From: the human T2T-CHM13v2.0 reference genome, Homo sapiens
NCBI RefSeq assembly: GCF_009914755.1
Contig: NC_060947.1
Strand: one strand, 5' to 3'
Length of the DNA stretch: 64,000 nt
Of the stretch, positions 50,030-64,000 are shown piece by piece. Positions within the stretch are counted from its first letter, which is position 1; every line of letters begins with the position of its first letter. The notes below the pieces were generated by a model. The model worked only from the letters and a program-made list of their open reading frames with translations. It did no database searches and was not told the DNA's origin. A program made the translations under genes and the position numbers.

Positions 50030-52095
50030 CAACCTTCCTATTGAATATATAAAAACCTTTTTCAAATTAATAACAAAAAGACAGACAATGCAAAGGAAAA
50101 ATGGGAAAACCACCTGAACAGGCACATCCCAATAGAGGAAATAGTAGCATATGGAAAAATGCTCAACTTCATTGGTAATTAGGTAAATGCAAATTAAAAC
50201 CACAATGTACTGGCACTACATACCCATTGGAGTGGCAAAAATAAAACATCTGATAATACACATGTATGAGTATGGTGAACATTTTTTAAATATATAGCAT
50301 TGCCAAGTATTTCTTTCAGACTGAGTTAGTTTCTTTTTATTGTCTTGGTAATCTCTTCCAGAGTTAACTACTCTGTTGTAGGTGAGGAAATGTATAAGGC
50401 TCCACTTAAAATGTTGGCATTGATATTAGCATGGTCTTTTCCTTTACTGCAGTTCAGAATTAAAACTTTTTGTTTTTTTTAGATTCTAGTCCCAAAAGTA
50501 GTTTCCACTGTACAAGTTACCTGATGACAGTCTTATATTTTCTAGTAGTGGCTTACAACCAGGCTCTAGCTTCTCCAGGAACATTACAGAATAGATTTAG
50601 TTTAAGTATGTATTAAACTAGGAGGCATTCTGTCAAATGAGTTTAAATGCATTTTATTTTTAGACAACTGACATTTTTTTTTCTTAAAAACAATGCCTCT
50701 ACTCCAAGTAAATCACAGTCACAATAAATGAGATGCTCAAGATGATATCAGTCCTAGTGTTGTGTGGATGACAAGCAGCAGCCAGTTATGATGACAGGCA
50801 ATTGATCCAAAGTAACTGCCAAATTTGTTAATACTTTTCCATTTCTAAACCATCCTTAAAGAAGACCATATATAGATCATACTATTCTCATGGTAGTCCA
50901 ATAGAGCTACCATACCATTAGTATTCATGTTTTCACCAATGAAGAATTGGTAGTTTTTGAAATTAGCAAAGATGTGCTTGGTTTGTTCTGCAGGCCCTGT
51001 CATAAAAGCTTTTACTCTTTCTGGTTTCTGTTCTTCAAGTCTGCCTTTAATTGATTTCATGTAATGTTTGATGTACTTCTTGCAGGCTTCTTTTGTGAAG
51101 CTGGTTTCCTACAAGTGATGGTTCATGACAATATCAACACCAGTGATGACTGTGCTTTTGGTACCTTCACCCTTGAGGCCTTCAGTGGAAGCATTTCCAC
51201 CAGTGAGTCATCAATGTTACCCTCTGTCTTATCAACTATTTTTCCCTCTACCTCCAAGCACAGCTGGTCCATGATCTTTCATATTTTGTAAATGTCAGAG
51301 AACATCTCATTGTGTCTGATGAGGTCCCAGTAGATAATCATAATGGTGGCTGAAGGGAGACTGTGCTAGCTTAGCAGGAGCCTGGAGCTCAGAGCAAGTG
51401 TACTGCAGCCACAGTGGCATTCAAGAGAGGGAATAAGGGAGGGGAGTGGGCAGAAAAGTGGCATTGCCAATTATTAACAAGGATGTGAAGCAATGAGAAC
51501 TCTCATGTACTGTTGATGGGAATATGCATTGTAAAATCACTTTTGAATAATGTCTGATAGTACATCTGAACATGTGTATAGTCTATGACCTAGCAATTCC
51601 ATTTATAGGTGTTTGTATCTCACATAAATGCATGCTTACATGCACCAGGGAACATGCATTAGAATATTCATAATAACATAGTTAATAGAAGCTCCACACA
51701 GGAACAACTCAATAGTAGAAATGATAAAAAAAAATAGGGGTAGGTTTATATCATGGTATACTATACAGGAAGCAATGAATAAACTACATAGATGGATAGC
51801 TCTTAAACACAAAAGACTGAGCTAAAGAAGCTAGGCTAATACTATATGATCCCACTGACACATATTTTTAAAATAGGCCACATTAAACAATTATTAGCAG
51901 CATGAAAGCCAACATAGTGGTCATCGTAGGGGGTAGGCTAGTATTATGGTCAGAAAGAGACAGGTGGAGGGCTTCTATGGGGAAGATGCCATTCTATTGT
52001 TTTGGCATGGAGGAAGACACATTGGTGTTTTTTAATAGTTTGTTAAACTACATGTTTATGTTTTATGACCATTTTGTATGTTCTATCACAAGATG
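50030..52095 (+). mobile_element. Old L1M (L1ME-like) 3' region split by the TPT1 pseudogene
   Basis: aaatgcaaattaaaaccacaatg before and ctatgacctagcaattcc...atatgatcccact after the insertion. Confidence 0.7.
50312..51460 (-). pseudogene. TPT1: Processed pseudogene of TPT1 (translationally controlled tumour protein); CDS remnant 51341-50828
   Basis: Translates MIIYWDLIRHNEMFSDIYKI*...[51 protein letters not shown]...GLEMEKY*; intronless; stop at codon 21; 5' and 3' UTRs present; 15-bp TSD gcattgccaa(g/t)tatt (50297-50311 and 51461-51475). Which TPT1P locus cannot be determined here. Confidence 0.97.
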
Positions 52096-52170
52096 ATACA
52101 TTATAGAAACTTACCTCACTGATATTTCAGAAAGATGAGTTTATTCATGCCATAAATATTTAATGGGTGC

Positions 52171-52593
52171 TGTCTTAGTTCATTTTGTGTTGCTATAAAG
52201 AAATACCTGAGACTAGGTAATTTATAAAGAAAAGAGGTTCACTTAGCTCACGGTTCTCCTGGTTGGAAAGTTCAAGATTGGGCATCTGCCTCTGGCAAGG
52301 GCCTCAAGATGTTTGCACTCATGGTGGAAGGTGAAGGAGAGCTGTTATGTGCAGAGAGCACATGGCAAGAAAGGAAGCGAGAGAGAGAGCAGGAAGGTGC
52401 CAGGCTCTTTTTAACAACCAGCTCTTGTGGAAGCGAATAGAGTGACAACTCACTCAAGCCTGAGGGAGGACATTAATCTGTTTATGAGGAATCTACCCCC
52501 ATGATCCAAAACCTCCCATTAGGCCCCAACTTCAACATTAGGGATCAAATTTCAACCTGAGATTTGAAGGGTCCAAACATCAAAAGCATAGCA
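52171..52593 (-). mobile_element. MST-family MaLR solo LTR
   Basis: tgtcttagttcattttgtgttgctataaagaaatacctgagact...atcaaatttcaac...catagca. Confidence 0.85.
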
Positions 52594-54339
52594 GACGCCT
52601 AGTGTACCTGGGCCTCTGTTAGAGATAGCTTATTTCAAACCAGCTGAGCCAAAATAGAACAAAGGTAGACTAAGGGAGTTTTACTTCTTTTGTTTAGTTA
52701 GAGTTATCAACAAGGAGTATGATTGGAAAATGCTCTAGTTAAAGATGAAAGGAACAAAAAAGTAGGTGACTGAATAGGGTCAAAAGACTACAAATGGTCC
52801 CAGAAGCCTTTAACATCTGGGAGGGACTTTATTCACTAATGAATTTTCTTTTCAGTTTTGAGCTCTATCCTCAAGCTTGCTTGAAAATTACTTGACTTTT
52901 TTCTCCAATTCTTTGTACTTTTTTTCCACATCATCTGTAAGATGTTTCTATTAATTTCCTTAAACTACTGACCAAGCATTTGCTATTTGGAGAAAAATAA
53001 AAGAAATCAAATTCAATCATTTTGAAAGCCCCTGACTAAGTGTTGGAGCCTACGGGGTAAACACAAAAATCAAACTTGAGAACTTTTGACCTTCCTCTCA
53101 CTGATGTGTGTTGAAAGCAATTATGTGAATTTGTATTTCTGGCCTGGAAAAAGGAAGAAAAACAATAACAACAAAAACACTTGTCTAAAACTAAATTTTC
53201 TGCAAACAGCTTACTGTGCCATTTTTGACAGCTTCCTCTACTACTATAATTTATAACTTTGGATATGACAAGAGATGTTTTTTAGCAAAGTTTGCGACTC
53301 TTGAGTTAAGAAGTTTAGAAGTTGACCCCTGAACAAGGCAGTAGGTCTTTAGTCAAAATGTACTTCTACATCAACCAGTATACTGGCTAGAAGAATACAG
53401 TATTATAATGAATCACAATTTGCTAAAATTTTATTGTGAGTGGCAAAGAAGACTAAGTTAAAATGCAAATCCCTGAATTAAAGCAAGCAAATGTGTGTTT
53501 TACCACTGCAGCTAGGTAAGAGTGGGCAGCCAAGAAACTTGGAATAGATTTAATTGTCATAAAGACTATGAATAAAGTATGATGGCTGAGATGAAAGTAC
53601 TCTTATCTCTGTTAAAATACCTTGCTATATGCTGTTTAAGTACCTTTTAAAAGCATGCCCTGGGAAGCTTAGATAGTAACTTCAAATCTTTTCAGAAAGG
53701 CACATCTACTATTCGCACTTAGTGTGTGAATCAACTATGGTTGCTAAGAGACCAGAACTTTAAATTAGTTCTACTTTCAAAGGGCAGGGTTAGGAGAAAG
53801 AAATCACTTTCTCCTAACTGGGAAAAGGAGGTGTGCAATTTAATGCTAAACAGTAAAGGGTGTCACTATTCCATCTTATGGTTTGTTTGTATGTTGCTGG
53901 AAATCATTTAGAAATACATGCCCACTAATTCCTGGTGAAACATTTTGCACCAAAAAAATGTTAATTAAGAAAAACTGATGTCTGTTCTTTGATTAAAATA
54001 TATGAAGAGAGTTAAGAGTATTTTTTTTCTAGCAAGATGGAGAAACTTCCAACATGTCAATCTCATAGTTGTCCTGTTTCAATCCAGTGACCCTCACTTC
54101 CCCATCTACTTAAGCCTTCTATGATTCTTGTCACTTTTAAAAACATACCACTGCCTGAAACTTTTCTACCTCTAAAATTTTGGATTCTGAAGTTCCTCTT
54201 TCAGTTCACAACTTCCTATGAAATGATTCTTTCATTCTCTTACTTTATGACAAGACATGATGGAGAGTGACAGAGTCGTCAAATTTTGACTCTTAGGTTG
54301 TCTGCCTTTAGCACTTGAGAAGATTGTAGAGGAAATCTA

Positions 54340-58005
<3,666 letters not shown>

Positions 58006-58009
58006 AGTG

Positions 58010-58500
58010 TCCAGGAGGGCATAGTATACATAAATCAAAGAAAGAGAATATTTTCAGAAAGAGAGAGGACAATAATGTCCAAGGTAGGTGGGGAAATGTC
58101 AGGAGTCTGAGAAGTTCATTGGACTTAGCAACATGAAGGTCACCAATGACCTTGGTAAAAGCACTTTTGAACGTGTGGAACATGTTGAATCAGAAAGCAA
58201 AGTGTGAGATAAAAGTGAAGAGGAGGAAATGTTAAGTATTGGGCATTCTTTTGAAAAATTTGGGTAAGAAGAGAGAGAAGAAAAACAGGGCAACAATTTG
58301 ATGCAAAAATCGGATAGAGTGAGAAATTTTTAATTGGGCAGGGCATAAGTAAGCTTGAATGCTAAATGAAGAGAAATCTGGAATCCGGATAATGGGGGAG
58401 ACTTGAGGCTTAGAGCGGAAGGGATATTTTGCCATTGTAAATTTGGTTTATAAATTTTGTGATGGGCAGTCAGTTAATTTCCTGTCCAATAATTTCTTTC
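58010..58500 (-). mobile_element. L2 fragment
   Basis: cattggacttagcaacatgaaggtcaccaatgaccttg. Confidence 0.65.
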
Positions 58501-58519
58501 TTTATCTCTCTCTCCGTCT

Positions 58520-58892
<373 letters not shown>

Positions 58893-59042
58893 TGACTGAA
58901 TATTATGCTTTAGGTGTAGTTGGAGCAGGGCTCTGGCTTCATTTTTTGGTCATTCTCTCAGGGCTTCCCTTCAACAGTCAGCATTCTTCCCATACAGGCT
59001 TTCTCCATGGTGGCAAAATGGTAATAGAAGTTCCAGGCTTCA

Positions 59043-60818
59043 AATCACAAACAAACTCCCATTCACAATTGCCACAAAAAAATAAAATACATAGGAATAC
59101 AGCTAACAAGGAAGATGAAAGATCTCTACAAGGAGAACTACAAACCACTGCTCAAAGAAATCAGAGATGACACAAACAAATAGAAAAACATTTCATGCTC
59201 ATGGATAGGAAGAATCAATATCGTTAAAATGGCCATACTGCACAAAGCAATTTGCTTTTCCTGTTAAACTACCATTGATGCTCTTCAGAGAACTAGTGAA
59301 AACTATTTTAAAATTCATATGGAACCAAAAAAGAGACCAAATAGCCAAGGCAATCCTAAGCAAAAAGAAAAAAGCTGGAGGCATCATGCTACATGACTTC
59401 AAATTATTCTACAGGGTTACAGTAGCCAAAACAGCACGGTACTGGTACAAGAACAAGACACACAGGCCAATGGACAGAATAGAAAACCCAGAAATAAGAC
59501 TGCTCACCTACAACTATCTGATCTTCAACAAACCTGACAAAAACAAGCAATGGGGAAAGAATTCTCTATTCAATAAATGGTGCTGGAATAACTGGCTAGC
59601 CATATGCAGAAAATTGAAACTGGACCCCTTCCTTACACCATATACAAAAATTAACTCAAGATGGATTAACAACTTAAGTGTAAAACCACAAACTGTAAAA
59701 ACCCTGGAAGACAACCTAGGCAATACCGTTCAGGACTTAGGCATGGGCAAAGATTTCATGGTGAAGATGCCAAAAGCAACTGCAACAAAATCAAAAATTG
59801 ATAAATTGGATCTAGTTAAACTAAAGAGCTTCTGCACAGCAAAAGAAACTATCATCAGAGTGAACAAACAACCTACAGAATGGGAGAAAATGTTTGCAAA
59901 CTATATATCTGACAAAGGTCTAATATCCAGCATCTATAAGGAACTTAAATTTACAAGAAAAATCCCTATTAAAAAAGTGGGCAAAGGACATGACCAGACA
60001 CTTCTCAAAAGACATACATGCGGTTAACATTCATATTTAAAAAGCTCAACATCACTGATCATTAGAGAAATGCAAATAAAAACCACAGTCAGATACCATC
60101 TCACTCCAGTCAGAATGGCTATTACTAAAAAGTCAAAAAATAACAGATGATGGCGTGGTTGTGAAGAAAGAACACTTATACACTGTTGGTGGGCGTGTAA
60201 ATTAGTTCAACCATTGTGGAAGACAATGTGGTGATTCCTCAGAGACCTAAAGGCAGAAATACCATTCCACTCAGCAATCTCATTACTAGGTATATATCCA
60301 AAGGAATATAAATGTTCTAATATAAAGACACATGCACACATATGTTCATTGCAGCACTATTTACAATAGCAAAGACATGGAATCAACCTAAATCCCCATC
60401 AATTATAGAACGGACAAAGGGAATGTGGTACGTATACACCATGGAATACTATGAAGCCATAAAAAAGAATGAGATCATGTCCTTTGCAGGGACATGGATG
60501 GAGTTGGAGGCCATTATCCTTAGCAAACTAACGCAGAAACAGAAAACCAAATACTGTATGTTCACACTTAAAAGTAAAGTAAAAGTAAATGAGCTAAATG
60601 ATGAGAACACAGGGACACACAGAGGAGAACAACACACACTATCAGTAGGTGGAGGATGGGAAGAGGGAGAGGCTCAGGAAAAATAACAGATACTAGGCTT
60701 AGTATCTGGGTGATTAAATAATCTGTACAACAAACCCTCCATGACACGTTTACCTATGCAACAAATCTGCACATCTTGCACATGTACCCCTGAACTTAAA
60801 ATAAAAGTTAAGAAAGAA
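59043..60818 (+). mobile_element. 5'-truncated L1PA (older PA subfamily) inserted in an MLT1 LTR
   Basis: 250-aa ORF2 fragment 59275-60027; TSD aagttc(c/a)aggcttca (59028-59042 and 60819-60833). Confidence 0.92.
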
Positions 60819-61239
60819 AAGTTCAAGGCTTCACATTTGTATACCATGGGGTCCATATGAGAAAGAGTTTGTGTTTCAGAGTTTCCAGAAAAACACTGAG
60901 ATTTATTCAGGTTTAACAGGCATAGGTCATGCACCTACCCATAAACAGATAACATGGCCAGAAAGATGAAATGTTCTGGCTGGTTTGTTCTAATTCATAT
61001 GTTTGACCCACGTGTCTTGGAGAAAAGTAAATGCTACTAAAACCCATGGATTTCCAACGGAAATATGAGATTGTTTGAAGGGTAGAAAGAGAAATAGATT
61101 GCGAGAAGGAAAAAAGAAATGTCCACTACAAAGAATAAAGAAGGGATCCTGGAATCCTCTTTCTCTATAGAGAGAAGAAAAATAAAACAACAACAATGGG
61201 ATAACTGTAAAGGAATGAAAATTAGGCCAGCATAAGATT

Positions 61240-62950
61240 TAAAAAATTTAATTTCTGTAATAGATGTATCGTTCTTAAGGATACGTAACTCTTCTTGAGT
61301 AGGCTTTGTAAGTTTGTGTTTTTCAAGAGATTTGCCCCTCTCATTTGTGTTACAGAATTTATCGGCACAAAGTTGTTTATAATATTCCCTTATTATCATT
61401 TTAATCTCTGTAGGCTACATAGTAATGTCATCTTTCATTCCTGATATTAGTAATTTATGTCTTCTCTCTTTTTTTCTGATTAGTATGGTTAGAGGTTTAT
61501 AATGTTATCAAGGAACTAGCCTTTGGCATTTGTTTTCTGTTGTATATTTCATTATTTTCTGCTTATCTTTACTATTTCCTTTTTTCCATTTGTTTTGGGA
61601 TTATTTGCTCTTCTTTTATTAGCTAGCTCTCAAGGAACTAGCTTTTGGAATTTCTGTTTTCTGTTGTATATTTCATTGTTTTCTGCTTATCTTTATTATT
61701 TCCTTTCTTCTGCTTATATTGGGATTATTTGCTCTTCTTTTATTAGTTTAAGGTAGAAGCTGAGATTTTTCTTCTTTTCCAATATAAGTGCTTAGTGCTA
61801 AAAATTTCCCTTTAAGTATTTTCTTAGCACATCCCACAAATATTGGTGTTTTGTGCTTTCATTTTCATTTTGTTCCAAATATCTTCTTAAGGATTTCTTC
61901 TTTGACCTATAGGTTGTTTAGAAGTGTGTTATTTAGTGTTATGAGTTGGATTGTATTCCTCCTCTCAAAAGATGTTGAAATTCTAACCTCCAGCATTAAT
62001 GTGACCTTATTTGGAAACAGAGCTTTTACAGATAATCACATTAAATTAGGTCATTAAGGTGGGTCCTACTTCAATATGACTGGTGTCCTTATAATATTCT
62101 TATAAAAAAGGCAAATTTGGACACAGACACACACCTACACAGAGAATTCCATATGAATATTGGAGTTATGTTTCCATAGGCCAAGGAATGCAAACCACTA
62201 GAAACTAGGATAGAGGCATAGGACAGATTCTGCCTCACACCTCTCAAAAGGAACCAAGCCTATTAACACCTTGATTTTGGACTTCCAGCCTCCAGAACTG
62301 TGAGACAATAAATTTCTGTTGTCTAAGCCACCCATTTTCTGGTACTTTGTTACAGCAGCTCTAGCAAATTAATAAATTTAGTTTCCAAATATTTGGATAA
62401 TTTTCCAGATATCTTTCTTTACTTATTTCTCATTTAATTCCAATGTGGTCAGATGACATGCTTTGTACAATTTAAATCCTTTTAAATCTATTGTTGCTTG
62501 TTTCATGGCCCAGAATATAATCTATCTTGGTAAATGTTTCATGTGCATTTTTTTGCTGTTGTTTGATGGTTTGTTCTTTAAATATCAATTAGGTCAAATT
62601 GGTTGATCATGTTGCTTATGTCCTCTCTATCCTTGTGAATTTTCTGTCTTGTTCTATCAATTATTGAGAGAGAAATATTGAAATCTATTACTGTAACTGT
62701 GGGTATTTATTTTTTCTTGGAGTTCTATCAATTTCTGCTTCATATATCTTGAAGCTCTGTTTTAGGTCTACAGTCATTTAGAACCATGACGTTCTCTTGA
62801 TTCATTTATCCCTTTATCACGTGAAATTGGCCTGCTTATACCTGATAATATGCTTTTCTCTGAAATCTACTTTGTCTGATATTAATATAGGCACTTCAGA
62901 TTTATTTTGATTAGTGTTATTATGATATATCTTTTTCATTCTTCTACAGG
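61240..62950 (-). mobile_element. Old L1M ORF2 fragment interrupted by an MLT1B/C LTR (61937-62378)
   Basis: MIIREYYKQLCADKF peptide; LTR ggacttccagcctccagaactgtgagacaataaatttctgttg. Confidence 0.8.
61508..61746. repeat. ~116-bp tandem duplication inside L1M
   Basis: tcaaggaactagc...gggattatttgctcttcttttattag at 61508-61622 and 61630-61746. Confidence 0.9.
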
Positions 62951-63009
62951 TATTTTTTTCTTTTTTTTTTTTGAGGGACTGATTCAGAAAGAAACTTCTA
63001 AAGATACTT

Positions 63010-63600
63010 TTGACTTTTGTGTATTTTTATATTCAAAGTGAATTTCTGGATGACATGGTAGCTCTGTTTTTGATGTTTTTGAGGAATTCTCTTACTGTTT
63101 TCCAGAATGGTGGTACCCATTTACATGCCCACCAAAAGTGTACAAGAGTTCCCTTTTCTCCACATCTTCACCAACACTTGTTATCTATTGTCTTTTTTGT
63201 AATAGTCATCCTAATAGGTGTGAGATCGAAAAATGTTAAACTTGTAGAAGAAGAGAGTAGAACAGTGGTTGCCAGGGGCTGAGGAGTAGGGAAAATGGGA
63301 AGATTTTGGTCAAAGGGTACAAATTTTCAGGTATAAGAGGAATAAGTTCTGGGAATCTAAGGTACAGCATGGCAATTATAGTTAATAATACTGTATTGTA
63401 TATTTGAAATTTGCTAAGAGAATAGATCTTAAGTGTCCTCACCTCCCCTCCCCATCTACACACTGGTAACTATTTGAAGTAATGGATGTGTTAATTAGAC
63501 TGTGGTAATTATTTCACAATGTATACATATGTCAAATAATCACATTGTATATCCAAATATATACATTCTTTATCAGTTATACTTCAATAAAACTGGGAAA
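63010..63600. mobile_element. L1MA with 5' inversion (minus 63010-63226, plus 63227-63600)
   Basis: Minus-strand ORF2 end joined directly to a plus-strand L1MA 3' UTR ending ttcaataaaactgggaaa. Confidence 0.7.
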
Positions 63601-64000
63601 TATTTTTTTAAATTAAGTGAGTTTCTTGTAGACAGTATATAGTTACGTCTTGATTTTTTATTCAATCTGACAATTTCTGTTTTTTAATTGGAATGTTTAC
63701 ACCATTTACATGTAATGTGATTATTTTTATGTTAAAGATTAAATGTATTTGTTTTATATTTGTTTCATTTGTTTTCTGTTGCCATTTTCCCCTTTTCAGG
63801 AGCAAAATATTGTTATCTTACATAAAGGTTGAAATTCAAACTAAAGAGTATCTTAGTTCTGATGGAGCAAAAATAGAAATATAAATACATTATTTGAAGT
63901 TACGAAAGTAACCAAGAAAAAACTTAGAATAATAACTATCAAACATTGGATATAGTATATGGGAGATAGGTGGAGGATAGTATATAATGAGCTAATTCTC

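Noticed and set aside
49360-53330. Faint resemblance of joined exon-like segments to DC-STAMP/DCST proteins (SR.L..V and YD......KF..LE)
   Set aside because: Needs two assumed frameshifts and matches few residues; not credible without a profile search

Overview
Primate (human-like) nuclear DNA with no intact protein-coding gene, RNA gene or CpG island that I can support. Most of the window is interspersed repeats: about 27 Alu/FLAM copies, a full-length 6.1 kb L1PA (minus) with an ORF0 remnant, several truncated L1s, a complete THE1 MaLR provirus, several solo LTRs, L2/MIR relics and an unusually dense cluster of hAT MITEs (MER5/MER20/MER58/MER33) in the first 26 kb. The one recognisable gene-derived sequence is a full-length, TSD-flanked processed TPT1 (TCTP) pseudogene at 50312-51460 (minus). 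The most notable structures are: (1) a 190-bp, ~88%-identical inverted copy of an L2 3' end inserted into the same L2; (2) a run of plus-strand exon-like, splice-signal-bounded segments in unique AT-rich DNA (48.3-53.5 kb) directly downstream of the L1 antisense promoter, possibly a fossil gene or an L1-driven lncRNA; (3) an L1 3' transduction; (4) hAT elements chained at ~8-bp spacing. Repeat subfamily calls come from recalled consensus features and boundaries are approximate unless a TSD is quoted. I found no evidence for a novel enzymatic system.
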